From the IMG/VR virus record IMGVR_UViG_3300015610_002171: a stretch of 64,000 nucleotides of DNA; one strand, given 5' to 3'. The number at the start of each line of letters is the position of its first letter. Position 1 is the stretch's first letter. The notes beneath the pieces were generated by a model. The model saw only the letters and a program-made list of their open reading frames with translations, searched no databases and had not been told where the DNA came from. Positions 10,652-21,964 of the stretch are shown piece by piece. Origin of the DNA: an uncultured virus (IMG/VR IMGVR_UViG_3300015610_002171). Its lineage: Duplodnaviria; Heunggongvirae; Uroviricota; Caudoviricetes. Made by a program: the position numbers and the translations under genes.

Positions 10652-11146
10652 ATGGAAAAACTTGTGGCAGCAGACTCAAGGGATATTCCAAAAGACTTCA
10701 CAGGTATTGCAGAATTTTCAAATAAATTAAAACATTGGTACAAAGAAGGAAAACTGCATCGAGAAGATGGTCCCGCTTGTGAATATCCAAACGGAGATAA
10801 ATATTGGTATAAAGAAGGATCTATTCACAGAGAAGACGGCCCAGCAGTTGAGCACGAGGATGGAAGAAAAGAATGGTGGGTTTGTAACCATCGCCATAGA
10901 TTAGACGGACCTGCGATTATTAATCCCTATGGAATAAAAGAATTTTGGATTGATGGAGTTCGATATTATGAAATAATTGATATTACAAACAAACTCTTTC
11001 TTGGAAAAGAAAAAGGGAAATATGATCTTGATTGGCTAAAGTTTCTAACCGAACAAGGAATTAAAGAATATCCTATTATTTCTGGAATGAAATATGAATT
11101 TAGTAAAAAATATACCCTTGAAGAGTTAATTTCTACAGAAAAGTAA
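10652..11146 (+). CDS. HRxDGPA-repeat family protein (3 repeats)
   Basis: Family motifs. Confidence 0.85.
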   Translation: MEKLVAADSRDIPKDFTGIAEFSNKLKHWYKEGKLHREDGPACEYPNGDKYWYKEGSIHREDGPAVEHEDGRKEWWVCNHRHRLDGPAIINPYGIKEFWIDGVRYYEIIDITNKLFLGKEKGKYDLDWLKFLTEQGIKEYPIISGMKYEFSKKYTLEELISTEK

Positions 11147-11150
11147 AGAA

Positions 11151-11579
11151 ATGAAACCAGATAAGGTAATAAAAATAAACAACTATTTAGAAGTTCCTAA
11201 TGATTTCACAGGAATTGCAGAATATTCAAACAAATTAAAACAATGGTATAAAGAAGGAAAACTGCATCGAGAAAATGGTCCAGCTGTTGAATTAGAAAGA
11301 GGACAAAAAGAATGGTGGATCGAAGGAAAAAGGCACAGAACAGATGGTCCTGCAAGAGAATATTCAAATGGAGAAAAAGAGTGGTGGGTTGATGGGAAAA
11401 AATTTTTTGAAGAGATTGATATTACAAACAAACTTTCTCTTAAAAAAGAAAAGGGTAAATATGGTCTTGAGTGGATAAAGTTTTTAACAGAAGAAGGTAT
11501 TGAAGAATTTCCAATTATTTCTGGAATGAATTATAGGTTAATACGAATTTATTCTGTAAACGAATACTTTTCTTTATGA
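11151..11579 (+). CDS. HRxDGPA-repeat family protein
   Basis: Family motifs. Confidence 0.85.
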   Translation: MKPDKVIKINNYLEVPNDFTGIAEYSNKLKQWYKEGKLHRENGPAVELERGQKEWWIEGKRHRTDGPAREYSNGEKEWWVDGKKFFEEIDITNKLSLKKEKGKYGLEWIKFLTEEGIEEFPIISGMNYRLIRIYSVNEYFSL

Positions 11580-11591
11580 AAAGAAAATAAG

Positions 11592-12041
11592 ATGATGAAA
11601 ACAATAACGTTAAGCAATAGTATTCAACTTCCATATAATTTTACAGGAAGTGTTGAGTATTTAAATATTTCCAAATGTTGGTATAAAAAAGGAAAACTAC
11701 ATCGAGAAGATGGTCCCGCTGTTGAATTGGTAAGAGGGCAAAAAGAATGGTATAAAGAAGGAAAACTCCATAGAATTGATGGTCCCGCTGTTGAGTGGGG
11801 ACTTGTAACCGCCGAATGGTGGATCGACGGGGAACAGTTAGTTTCGACAATTGATATAACAGGAAAACTCTTTCTTGGAAAAGAAAAAGGTAAATATGGT
11901 CTTGAATGGTTAAGGTTTTTAACAGATCAAGGTATTGAAGAGGTTCCAATTGTTCCTGGTTTTAAACAAACTTTAGTTCAATATTCTTCAATAGAAGAAT
12001 ATGTTTCACATAACAAAAGGATAAAAAATGAAAATGAATAA
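11592..12041 (+). CDS. HRxDGPA-repeat family protein
   Basis: Family motifs. Confidence 0.85.
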   Translation: MMKTITLSNSIQLPYNFTGSVEYLNISKCWYKKGKLHREDGPAVELVRGQKEWYKEGKLHRIDGPAVEWGLVTAEWWIDGEQLVSTIDITGKLFLGKEKGKYGLEWLRFLTDQGIEEVPIVPGFKQTLVQYSSIEEYVSHNKRIKNENE

Positions 12042-12627
12042 AAACTTAACAGCAATAAGTTCTATTATTATTTATCTAGCCGCTTGTAGTTCGCCCCAAA
12101 GGCCACAAGCAAGTTTACTAGACTATCCACAAATTTCCGTACCAGAAACCCACGAACAACAATACCAATCTGTATTAGATTCATCTTATAATACAGATGC
12201 ATCCATAAACGACGGAAGACTCTTCAACCTTCCAGAAGGTAGTAGAATAATTCCAATCAGAGAAGGGGGAACTTCTCCAGTCACAGGAGTTGTTTTCAAT
12301 ACAGTTGCGGCAGCAGGACTTGAAGTTGAAATAAGAGCACAACAGCGAGTTTGTGAAGTTAATTCTTTATATGAAAGACAGCAACTTGCGGCAGCAGCAA
12401 TTAGAGATATTGAATCACTAAGGAATAGTATCTCAACACAACAACGTTCTTATATGCTTTTAATAGAAAATCGAAATAGAACAATAAGAGAATATGAAAA
12501 TTATTCCATGTCACTTAGAAGGCAAACGGATGGAGAAATAGGAAGGGTTGTTGGATTTACAATCGGAGGGATTGCGGTCGGGGCAATCACAACAGGATTA
12601 ATTCTTGGATTCATTCCAAGGAACTAG
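12028..12627 (+). CDS. Putative lipoprotein with coiled coil and C-terminal TM helix
   Basis: Lipobox LAAC; hydrophobic C-terminus; architecture reminiscent of unimolecular spanins (inference). Confidence 0.55.
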   Translation: MKMNKNLTAISSIIIYLAACSSPQRPQASLLDYPQISVPETHEQQYQSVLDSSYNTDASINDGRLFNLPEGSRIIPIREGGTSPVTGVVFNTVAAAGLEVEIRAQQRVCEVNSLYERQQLAAAAIRDIESLRNSISTQQRSYMLLIENRNRTIREYENYSMSLRRQTDGEIGRVVGFTIGGIAVGAITTGLILGFIPRN

Positions 12628-12667
12628 TTTTTCAAAACTAATTAATTTTGAATTAAAAGAGGTTATT

Positions 12668-12979
12668 ATGGACGAAGAAACAAAATCCCCAGCGGTCGAA
12701 AAAAAAGAAGATATAAAACCATTAAAAGGTATTCCAGTACCGTTACTTAGACAATCAAATGGAAAACCATCAGCATCATTTACTATAATGTTTTTTACAT
12801 TTAATGTGTGTTTGTTATGGCTTTTATTGTCAATAGTAGAAGGTTTTGCACAAATTAAAATAAGACAGTTTGATTTTAGTGGAGTTTCTTTACTTTTAGG
12901 TTTAGTTTTTGGCTTGTATTTTTCAAGAAGATTGACAGATGCAAAAGGTGAAGCAATTCCTGTTGACGAAGATAAATGA
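12668..12979 (+). CDS. Small two-TM membrane protein (holin-like topology)
   Basis: Two hydrophobic segments, GAGG RBS. Confidence 0.55.
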   Translation: MDEETKSPAVEKKEDIKPLKGIPVPLLRQSNGKPSASFTIMFFTFNVCLLWLLLSIVEGFAQIKIRQFDFSGVSLLLGLVFGLYFSRRLTDAKGEAIPVDEDK

Positions 12980-13033
12980 ATAAAAAGTTACTACATATTA
13001 GAAGAGAGATAAATTTATAACGGAAATAAAAAA

Positions 13034-14692
13034 ATGGCTAAAATAAAATTAAACACAAAAGAAGAATTTTTTGCCTATGCGAAAAAAGTTCTTAAAGAAG
13101 AAATACTTCGTTTGCAAGAAGCGAAAGCTGAAGAGACAATAAAAGCTAAAAGACTTCCATCAGATGACACAACACCAGAGTCTGTAATGAAGAAAATCGA
13201 AGCGAAGAAAAAGAAAGAAGATGTTCGCAACGAACTTGAATCTGGAGAAGCTTATTGGACAACAGCTGGTTTTCAAAAAAGAAAACCAACTCCTCCAACA
13301 GGAAAGTTTGACAGAAAACTTGATAAATTTCCACCTGGAGTACCGAAATACGATCCTGCAATACATAATTTTCCTGATCCGCATACTCTAACAAGAGATG
13401 TTTCGGTTCATATGAAAGATGAGCCTGTCGAAGATGAAGATAAACCAAATTTGGGCATTGAAAAGCGCGGCGATCTTGAAGGCTTTGATAGAACAGCGGC
13501 GGAAAGGAAAGCAGAACGTCTTGCTGTTGATGTTTCTGGAGCATCTGATTATACAGAAGAACGCGGACTTAGAAACTTAAAAGATTACAAAAATTATCTT
13601 GCAAGAATGCTTTTAATTCCAAGCGTCGGTTTTGAAAAGAAAAACCACAGAATGCTCGTTTCTGCAACAAACACAGAAACAGGAGAAACAGAAGATGCAA
13701 TGTTGGAAGATTTAAGCCCAGAAGCGCTTATTGATCTTGCAATACAACAACCATCGTTGCTTAATCCAAAAATTGGATCATTTGAATCATTCTTTAGAGA
13801 TGTAAGAGGAGATACTCCAATTGCAGATATGTACGATCCAGAAATGGATAAAGACAAGTTCACATTTGAACTCGGAGATATAGTTCCAGGAGTTTCTAAA
13901 AAGAAAGAAAAAGATGGCTACTACGGAAAAGAACAAGATCGTCTTGATATGTCTCAAGAAGATGTTGCCGCTTATTTTGGTGAACCAAAATCTCAAGGTC
14001 AAGGTGTCGCTAAACCAGAAATTAGTGCACTTGTGAAATATGGTAACCTTTACAATAAATCATTTATGAAGGCTGCTGAAATTCAATCAGCAAAACTTGC
14101 TGACTTAACAACAGACTTTTTAATGGAATTTGAAGACCAAGTCGTTTCTGGCGACGAAGCTCAATATGAACTTGCATTTAGTGAATTCCTTCGTCTTTTA
14201 ATTGAAAAAGGTTTGGTTGGTCAATACATTGGACCACTGGTTTCTGGAGGTAAAGTTGGTGGTGTGAAATTTACACCAGCACTCATTTCTCAACTCTATA
14301 CAAGAATTGATGAAATTGCTGCTAGGGTTGTTGAACTTTCAGATAATCCAAAGCAGGCAAAAACAGCGGAAGATAAACTTCTTCTTTCGTTTGCTCAAAA
14401 GCCAATTGCTCTCGAACTTATGGTTGAAGAACGAGACGGTATCATGGATCTATTCGAACATGCGACAGAACTTTTTATGGATGAAGAAATGGACGAAGAA
14501 ACACTTCGTGAAAAACTAACAAAATATATTTCAACTGAAGCGGCTGGTCTTTATGGACACAGAGAAAAAGTTTCTGCTGCGGCAAGTCCAAAACTAAGAA
14601 CATCACCTGAACTAGAAAAAGATATTCAGTCAAGATTAAGAGCAAGACAAAAAGATCAAGAAAAAAAACAAAAGCTTAAAGCTGCGAAATAA
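13034..14692 (+). CDS. hypothetical protein
   Basis: 552-aa charged ORF. Confidence 0.75.
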   Translation: MAKIKLNTKEEFFAYAKKVLKEEILRLQEAKAEETIKAKRLPSDDTTPESVMKKIEAKKKKEDVRNELESGEAYWTTAGFQKRKPTPPTGKFDRKLDKFPPGVPKYDPAIHNFPDPHTLTRDVSVHMKDEPVEDEDKPNLGIEKRGDLEGFDRTAAERKAERLAVDVSGASDYTEERGLRNLKDYKNYLARMLLIPSVGFEKKNHRMLVSATNTETGETEDAMLEDLSPEALIDLAIQQPSLLNPKIGSFESFFRDVRGDTPIADMYDPEMDKDKFTFELGDIVPGVSKKKEKDGYYGKEQDRLDMSQEDVAAYFGEPKSQGQGVAKPEISALVKYGNLYNKSFMKAAEIQSAKLADLTTDFLMEFEDQVVSGDEAQYELAFSEFLRLLIEKGLVGQYIGPLVSGGKVGGVKFTPALISQLYTRIDEIAARVVELSDNPKQAKTAEDKLLLSFAQKPIALELMVEERDGIMDLFEHATELFMDEEMDEETLREKLTKYISTEAAGLYGHREKVSAAASPKLRTSPELEKDIQSRLRARQKDQEKKQKLKAAK

Positions 14693-14948
14693 GATTCTTG
14701 ATCAACAAATAGTAAAGTTACAATGAACACCAAATCCATCGCGGAACTAAAATTTAACTCTCAAGAAGATAAAGAAAGTTTCGTTGTTGGATTTTTGTCT
14801 TTATCTCATGACAAATCATGTTGTCTTGAGTTAGTCAACAAATCCAACATAAAACTAGAAATTTATATTTTCGGTTCCATAGATAAGAATTTAATCAAAG
14901 ATATAGAAGAATTATATGGTTCCACTCTAATAATTAGAGTGGACAACA

Positions 14949-15755
14949 ATGCCAATTAACATATCTAATCTTCAAAAACTATTTGAACTTGCTGCACAAG
15001 AGGCTGCCCCCCAAACTCCTCCTGCTGCAAACAGTTCTCCTGCGCCCGTTCCTGCGGAATCAACTCCACAAGCACAACAACCTGCGCAAGTTAATCAACA
15101 AAGCCAAACAAGCGGTCAAGCTATTTCTGTTGAAAAGATTGTTGATCATTTAAATGGAATTCGAAGCGGCAAAAGCTTTAACGATCCTCTTGTTTTTACC
15201 GCAATTACAAATATTTTTAATGGTTTATCAGCGGCAGAAAAAGCTGTTCTTGATAAAGCCTTAAGTCAACTTGATAGATCAATTGAACAAATAACAAAAC
15301 AACAATCTCCTCCAAATCCAAATAATCAAGAAGTAAAGGGACCATCAGTTCAACCACAATTTGGAAATCAAACGGTTGCTTCCGCGGCAACACCATTACA
15401 AGGTCCACAACAAGCCCAACAAATGATGTCAAACTCTCCAGTTTCAGGAATGATGAGTGGATTAATGGCAGAAAACTCTTTAAAGTCTCTTCACGAATCA
15501 GTTAATAAACCAAAAACAACCATTTTTGTTAATGGAGAAGAAGTCCCATTTGGCTCTGAAAAACATAGAGGGCAACTAACAATAGTTCTTCAAGGTTTAG
15601 AAGATCTTAAAAATTGTTACAGAAAAGGTTCCAGTGTTCGCTACACCCTTGCGGGTGCGTGCCAGAAAGTCAGAAAAATTCTAAAAGACACAACCGACAG
15701 AGCCGAGGTTGAGCCTGCCGCACCCGACACTCTCAATTCAGAAATGGGCGTGTGA
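14949..15755 (+). CDS. hypothetical Pro/Gln-rich protein
   Basis: 268-aa ORF. Confidence 0.7.
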   Translation: MPINISNLQKLFELAAQEAAPQTPPAANSSPAPVPAESTPQAQQPAQVNQQSQTSGQAISVEKIVDHLNGIRSGKSFNDPLVFTAITNIFNGLSAAEKAVLDKALSQLDRSIEQITKQQSPPNPNNQEVKGPSVQPQFGNQTVASAATPLQGPQQAQQMMSNSPVSGMMSGLMAENSLKSLHESVNKPKTTIFVNGEEVPFGSEKHRGQLTIVLQGLEDLKNCYRKGSSVRYTLAGACQKVRKILKDTTDRAEVEPAAPDTLNSEMGV

Positions 15756-15859
15756 CCACCAAGCCAGCTTTATTCTGTACCCTGTCACCCTTGACTAACC
15801 TTCGTTGCGGTTGTACACTAACCAACACTAAGAAAGTAACAAGGGTTTTTAAAATACAA

Positions 15860-16474
15860 ATGGATAAATCACAAATGCGAGAGGCTCTAAAAGCCATTAA
15901 AGATTCTTTACCAAAAGACATTACAGTAATAATCAAATCTGAGAAAGATTCATCACCAAAAACAATAACTTCTGTTATTAAAGAAATAACAGTTGGAAAA
16001 GGTTATAAAGGATCTTATACCGCCAAACTTGAGACTGGAGATATTATCACTTCAATGGCAAGTGAACAAGTCATTTCTATGACAATAGACGGCACAACAT
16101 TTGACAAAGAACAAGAAAAAAAGGTATATAATCAAAAACCTGCCGTAGATGAAAACGCGGCAAAAACATTGTTCACGCAGTTCTCTGCTTTATCGAAAGA
16201 TGATATAATCAAAATTACCTCAACTGAAAATAGATTTAATCAAACGTTTAAAGTATTAAATACTGAAATAGTCCATGCACCATTTAAACAGTGCAAAATT
16301 ACAGTTCAAAAAGCTGATGGAAATGGACCAGTAGCCCATTTCTTGTCCAGAAGAGATTCTGGAATTATATCAAAATGTGAAGTCCAAAATATGGAAGAGG
16401 AAGAAATCTTTGAAGAAGAAGTCGAGACTTCAACAATAGTTTCAGAACCTGAAGAAACAGAAATTAACCTTTAA
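15860..16474 (+). CDS. hypothetical protein with acidic tail
   Basis: Start reassigned downstream of promoter TTGACT-17-TACACT (15791-15819). Confidence 0.65.
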   Translation: MDKSQMREALKAIKDSLPKDITVIIKSEKDSSPKTITSVIKEITVGKGYKGSYTAKLETGDIITSMASEQVISMTIDGTTFDKEQEKKVYNQKPAVDENAAKTLFTQFSALSKDDIIKITSTENRFNQTFKVLNTEIVHAPFKQCKITVQKADGNGPVAHFLSRRDSGIISKCEVQNMEEEEIFEEEVETSTIVSEPEETEINL

Positions 16475-17555
16475 GAAATTTTGAACCAACAGGTGGAAGG
16501 TTTGGCCTTCCGTTTGGTTGAATTGGTCTTTGTTGTGGTCTAATTTGGTCATTTATAAAATTTCGCGAACTGAAATTGTTGTTTTGAACGGCTTGTTGTT
16601 TTTCTACAACAAATGACTGTCCCCTTGAGTCAACGACTTCAAGAACTTCTTTTATAAACTGAGGATTGTTATTTATGACTCCAACGTCTATTCTGGCTTG
16701 TTCATTTTGAACAATAAAAGTTTTAAATGAACGGCCAGTTAGTGTCAACATTCCGTGGTTGACTGCACTGTATTGGATAATAGGGCGTGCCAAAGAACAC
16801 GGTAGTGGCATACCAGTTGTATCCAATATCTTATACACAATCGAGCCTTCCCTGACAGCAGTAACTTGATTCTGTTGTTGGGAGTATTGTATTGGGTTTG
16901 CTTCTGTTAAAAGTTGCCTTTTTTGTTCTCCTTGTGGATTATGCAAAAATTTGGTTTGACCAGAAGCTAAACCGTTTACCATCTCACCAACAACTCGTTG
17001 TTGTTGATGATTTAAATTATGCATTAATGCATCTGCTGAATCTGGTTGTCCCCATTTTCTTGCAATGTGTTCGCCAATTTGTCTTGTTTGTTCTCGATAA
17101 GAGTTACCTGCTTCATCGCCCAAATCCACCATAGAAGCATATTTTTTAACTTCTTTTGATGGAGCCCATTCGTTAATACCGTACATTTGCAAGTGTGCTG
17201 GAACTCCTTGCTTATAGTGTCGAAGAACTTCTTTGTGATAAGTTTTAGCAGCCCTAATAGCTTCTGGTGTGTTTTCCATACCAAGTTTTGCTGCGAGTCT
17301 TGCATTTTTTATACTTTCAAGTTCTTCAACAGATTGTCCGTTTATTGTTAAAGGATTTCCATGACGATCAAATGTCATCTTGGTATCCAATTCTGGATCG
17401 AATTTTGGCCCTCTGTTGTTTTGTTGTGGGGTATTGTAATATTGAACTTGAGGACGAGACTGTTCAAACAGCATCTCTTGTTTTCTTTTTTCAATAAGTT
17501 GTCTGTATGCTAAGTCTGGATTAAATTGTGTTATTTCTTCTTCTTTGTTTGACAT
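16464..17555 (-). CDS. hypothetical Gln-rich protein
   Basis: 363-aa ORF. Confidence 0.7.
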   Translation of the reverse strand: MSNKEEEITQFNPDLAYRQLIEKRKQEMLFEQSRPQVQYYNTPQQNNRGPKFDPELDTKMTFDRHGNPLTINGQSVEELESIKNARLAAKLGMENTPEAIRAAKTYHKEVLRHYKQGVPAHLQMYGINEWAPSKEVKKYASMVDLGDEAGNSYREQTRQIGEHIARKWGQPDSADALMHNLNHQQQRVVGEMVNGLASGQTKFLHNPQGEQKRQLLTEANPIQYSQQQNQVTAVREGSIVYKILDTTGMPLPCSLARPIIQYSAVNHGMLTLTGRSFKTFIVQNEQARIDVGVINNNPQFIKEVLEVVDSRGQSFVVEKQQAVQNNNFSSRNFINDQIRPQQRPIQPNGRPNLPPVGSKFLKG

Positions 17556-17607
17556 ATTACTTTTACGTTTAAAACTAATTATAGTTTTAAATTAATAAAA
17601 TGTTGAG

Positions 17608-18543
17608 TTAATTATTGGCCAAAAAATGTTTGATTCTTGTTAACTCATTCGCGGCAACATCAATAAAATGTCTCCATGGTCCTTTTTTATAAACTGTTCC
17701 AAGTTTAACAGGTAAAGCTTTTTCGAACTCTTCGTCTGATAAAGAAGTTATTTCTGCTTCAATTTTATTTGCTTCATCAACAAACTGAGCAATTTTTATC
17801 TTTCTTCTTTCTTGTATTTTAATATCGTTTTTCTGAATTTCATCAAGTGCTTGTTCAAGTCCCTCTTTAATGTTTCTTAACCTAGACAACAGAGTATTAC
17901 GTTTTCTTTCGGTAGAAGCTTTGTAGGATTCGACCTCTCCTGTTTCTGGATTTATTTTCTCTTTCCCGCCGTCGGAGGTTGCGATAACCCTACCTGGGTA
18001 GTGTCTGCGTTTATGTCTATAATCGTCAATTCCTAGTGCGCGCTCGGCTGCGTCTACGCCCGCGTCATACTTGGCTTTGAAGGCAGGCAGAACTTGCACA
18101 AAATAATTCAGTTTTTCCTTGGCCCCTGGGAGGACGTGCGGGGCCATGTTTTTAATATCCTGAGCGTACAACATATTAAAGACTTTCATTTCTCGATACT
18201 TCATTATCTCTTTTTCTGTCATTACTCGATTATTAACCATCCACTCTTCTTGGATAGTTAAAGGTTCTCTCATTGCTTTAATAAAAACTTTAAACTTAGG
18301 ATCGATGTTCGGATCTATATAAGACGACAACTCTCCATAAGTTTCTCCAGTAAGTCCTTGCCAAAAAGCTTTAAAGTAGTCACCAATACCTTCGTCTATA
18401 GATTCATCAAAAATCATAGCAGATAACTTAGGTTTGTCTTCGGAATCTTTATCACTTTTGTCAAGATAAATATTTTTAATTCGTTTAGAATCTGAAGGTT
18501 TGTGCGGGCCTTTTTTTATTAGTTCTTTTTCGTTTGACATCAC
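17608..18543 (-). CDS. hypothetical protein
   Basis: 311-aa ORF. Confidence 0.7.
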   Translation of the reverse strand: MMSNEKELIKKGPHKPSDSKRIKNIYLDKSDKDSEDKPKLSAMIFDESIDEGIGDYFKAFWQGLTGETYGELSSYIDPNIDPKFKVFIKAMREPLTIQEEWMVNNRVMTEKEIMKYREMKVFNMLYAQDIKNMAPHVLPGAKEKLNYFVQVLPAFKAKYDAGVDAAERALGIDDYRHKRRHYPGRVIATSDGGKEKINPETGEVESYKASTERKRNTLLSRLRNIKEGLEQALDEIQKNDIKIQERRKIKIAQFVDEANKIEAEITSLSDEEFEKALPVKLGTVYKKGPWRHFIDVAANELTRIKHFLANN

Positions 18544-18946
18544 TTTTCAACACTAAATAGAATAGTGTCATGTCAATTTGTTTAAAAAAGAACCAAGTGA
18601 TAAAACCAAAATATAAGTCATATACTTATACAATTCAAGCTTTTGATGCGGTAGAAGAATTAACAACTGTTGAGTCAAATGACGACGACGAAGATGGATT
18701 AAATCCTTTTTATGGGTTTTATGCTTCGACCTACTACACCGAAAATAAGAAGGAGTTACAAAAAATAAAAAAAGAAGGCAAACCTTTTTGGCTTACCTTC
18801 TTTGTTGGAGAAGAAGTTGAACTTTTGTTATTGGAAGAAGATAGAAAATTTGAGTCTTGGAGAATTCTTGTTACAAAAGCAAAAAACTCAAAACCTGTTT
18901 CAAGTTTTGAGTGCTACCTTAAGACTTCTATTTTGAAGGATTTGAT

Positions 18947-20350
18947 TTAATCCATGTCTTCGTCAAAAGATATGTTCGCAGATTTCATAATTTTCTTTCT
19001 TTGAGAAATTGCGGCCAAAACTTTTTCAATGTCTTTTTCTTCTACTAGGTAGAATTCAACCCATTCTTTGATATATGCTTGAGTCATGCCTTTGACAGCT
19101 TTTGCAAGTTTTTCAATATGTTCTTGATTTGGATTTGGTACGTCAAGTTTTTCGGTCAAAAGTCTTCGAATAAAGTCAAGACGTTGTAATTCATCTGGTT
19201 CTTTGAATTGAATAATTTCGTCAACTCTTCCTGGGCGCAACATTGCGGCATTTAGCTTTTTAATATCGTTAACAGTCATCATAACTGTGGTTTTGTGCTC
19301 CATTGTCTTTAATGATTCTAAGATATAAAGAAAGGTTTGGTTTTGATCTAGTCCTGACACAAAGTGATCTACGTCGTCGAGCACAATTAAATCTGCTCCA
19401 ATTTTTAAACAAAACTGTTTAAGCATTTTGTTTTCGTTAAATTGTTTAATAAAGCTACTGTCAATTTTTAAAACTCTTCCGCTTGTTCTATTTGCTAATG
19501 TTAGCACAAACAAACTTTTACCTGTTCCTGGCGGCCCCCATAACATAATTGTCCGCTGCATCTTTTTATCTTTAAATTTCTTAATTCTTCCTTCGAGATC
19601 TGAAGTAAAAGCTTCGTCCACTAAATAATGGTGTTGGTCATAGCCCTGTGCTACAGGAGATATTTGCAAGTTACCACTACTGTCTGCAAACAAGTGAAGT
19701 TTGTTACTTACCTTGTCAAATAAAACATTGATGATACTATAAAAATCATCGCCTTTTTTGTAAGCGAAAACATCTTCAAATGCGCCGCGAGAGATAGAGG
19801 ATTTTCCTCCGCTTGGCTGTTTTCCGCTCGCAAGAGTTTCTTGATTTGATATTGCGATAATCGGAATTTCTACTCCTTTTACAAGAAAGGTGTATTGCAC
19901 AACATATTCATTTTTATTTAGCGTACCTAATACTTTAACTGAATCGGCAAAATTAGCAACAGTTGGTAAATAAGCAGAAGTAAATTCATCATCTACATGA
20001 ACAACAAAATCTGGTTTCTTGTCTTCAATTAAAGATTTAAAATCCCAATGTGGATCTTCGATTTTATTGTTCATTGAATCTAAAATTCGATTAAAAAGAC
20101 CGTTTGCCTTTGTCGCAATTTGAATTGGAGTATCTAGCGCATTTGGAGTAAATTCTGAAACCTCTTCCACTGTTTCAATAGCTTGCTTGAATTTGTACTT
20201 TTGAAGTCTAAATCTCTTGGGTAAAAATTTAGTTGTTAACAAGTACAGTCCAGAAATTATTCCAAAAATTGCCAACTGTGCTAAAATCTTAACCCACACA
20301 GATTTAAAATACGCGTAGATTTCCTTGAGTATCCATTTTATCAGTTGCAT
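18947..20350 (-). CDS. Membrane-anchored AAA ATPase
   Basis: N-terminal TM; GPPGTGKS, LIVLDDVD, second region of homology LRPGRVD. Confidence 0.85.
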   Translation of the reverse strand: MQLIKWILKEIYAYFKSVWVKILAQLAIFGIISGLYLLTTKFLPKRFRLQKYKFKQAIETVEEVSEFTPNALDTPIQIATKANGLFNRILDSMNNKIEDPHWDFKSLIEDKKPDFVVHVDDEFTSAYLPTVANFADSVKVLGTLNKNEYVVQYTFLVKGVEIPIIAISNQETLASGKQPSGGKSSISRGAFEDVFAYKKGDDFYSIINVLFDKVSNKLHLFADSSGNLQISPVAQGYDQHHYLVDEAFTSDLEGRIKKFKDKKMQRTIMLWGPPGTGKSLFVLTLANRTSGRVLKIDSSFIKQFNENKMLKQFCLKIGADLIVLDDVDHFVSGLDQNQTFLYILESLKTMEHKTTVMMTVNDIKKLNAAMLRPGRVDEIIQFKEPDELQRLDFIRRLLTEKLDVPNPNQEHIEKLAKAVKGMTQAYIKEWVEFYLVEEKDIEKVLAAISQRKKIMKSANISFDEDMD

Positions 20351-21058
20351 AGTGTTGTATGATAACCCCGCACGACGAGAACGTCAAGTCCTAATTTGAA
20401 ATTATTTTTTTCTTTAAGATTTAAGGAAAAAATTTTTTTATGAAATCTATATACAAATTATAATGTTATTTCAGCTATTTGAAAGATCTCCTGAATTTAT
20501 AGAAAAGAAACAAGCAAAAAACCAACAATTAGAGCTAAAAAAATATATGTTGGTTTATTCTGAAGATATTAATGAATTTCAAATGTCTGTAAAAAGATTA
20601 AAAAAAGCAGACCCAGGATTAAAAGAATTAACAAAAGTAACTTTGTCTAAACCAAACCTAGTAAAATCCTCAGAAATTGACTTTTTACCATGTACTGACA
20701 AAGATAAAATTAGTCTTATGAAAAGTTGATAAGAGACTTGACATTTCAGTATCGAAAATTATAGTAAAAGTATGAAACAATTTAACGAAGAGCAAGAAAG
20801 CACAAGCACTTACGTTTTAAAAGCCGCTTCAATAAAAGAGGCAAATAAAATAAACAAAAAGCAAAATAAAAACAAAAAGCATATTTTCATTGAAAAATAT
20901 GCAGAACTTTTTAATGGGTCGCTCGTAAAAATAACTCATGAATTTGAAAATGGAATGCTGATAGGGGATGTTTTGTCGGAGTATAGCGAAAAAATAATAG
21001 GGTCGTTATACTTCCCTGTATCCTATGTCAAATCTTTTGAAGAAATTAGTGTAAAATA

Positions 21059-21964
21059 ATGCAACACCAAGCTAAAGAAAATATAAAGCCGCAAAAAAAA
21101 CAAAAGGCAATCAATTTGTCTTATGGAGGAACTGAAGATGAAAAGTTATTTTTGGAATATCACCAAAGTAAAAAATACGATAAATCAGGCATTTTAATTT
21201 CTAGCAATGAAGCGCTAAGAAATCAACTCACGATAAGAAATCAAAAATTAATCAATACATTTATTTCATTAATTGGAAATAAAAACAGAGTCCTTATAAA
21301 AAAGCACAAGGAAGATTTATTTCAAGAAGGTTTAATTGGACTATCAAAGGCAGTAGAACACTTTGATCCAACAAGAGGAATAAGATTTTCAACTTATGCA
21401 GGGCATTGGGTACTCCAAGCAATAACTTCGTATATATCAAAACAACAGTCGGTTGTTGCAGTACCAACACAGCTTAGATTAGCAACAAATAAAATTGTTT
21501 CTTTTATGAAATCAAACGAGATTACATCGGTTGATAAAATTTCGTCAGAAGATAAAGAAGTGTTAAAAACAACACACAAAATTCCAGAGAAGATTTTTGT
21601 TGACGCAATAAAAGAAATAAAATCTGGATTCAATATATCAAATGTTTATAACATGATGGATAAACGCATTGTTTATCTTGAACAACCAATATCAACAATC
21701 GCTTCGTCGTCATCGCAAACAGAATCTTCTTTTACTTACGAAAGATTTTTACAAGATTCGGATGCAAATGTTTCTTATAATGAACCTATAGCACTTCTAA
21801 ATGAAACTCAAAGTTTAATATCGACAAATGAAGATGTTGTGTCTGCGGTTCACAAATCTCTTCTGGAACTTGAACCACTTAAAAGACTTATATTGATTTT
21901 AAGATTTATGGGAGTTAAAAACCTAGAAGGAGATGCTGATGGAAACGAAGCTAAAACAGTATGA
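21059..21964 (+). CDS. Phage sigma70-family RNA polymerase sigma factor (region 2 to 4.1)
   Basis: EDLFQEGLIGLSKAVEHFDPTRGIRFSTYAGHWVLQAI; ends after LEPLKRLILILRFMG. Confidence 0.85.
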   Translation: MQHQAKENIKPQKKQKAINLSYGGTEDEKLFLEYHQSKKYDKSGILISSNEALRNQLTIRNQKLINTFISLIGNKNRVLIKKHKEDLFQEGLIGLSKAVEHFDPTRGIRFSTYAGHWVLQAITSYISKQQSVVAVPTQLRLATNKIVSFMKSNEITSVDKISSEDKEVLKTTHKIPEKIFVDAIKEIKSGFNISNVYNMMDKRIVYLEQPISTIASSSSQTESSFTYERFLQDSDANVSYNEPIALLNETQSLISTNEDVVSAVHKSLLELEPLKRLILILRFMGVKNLEGDADGNEAKTV

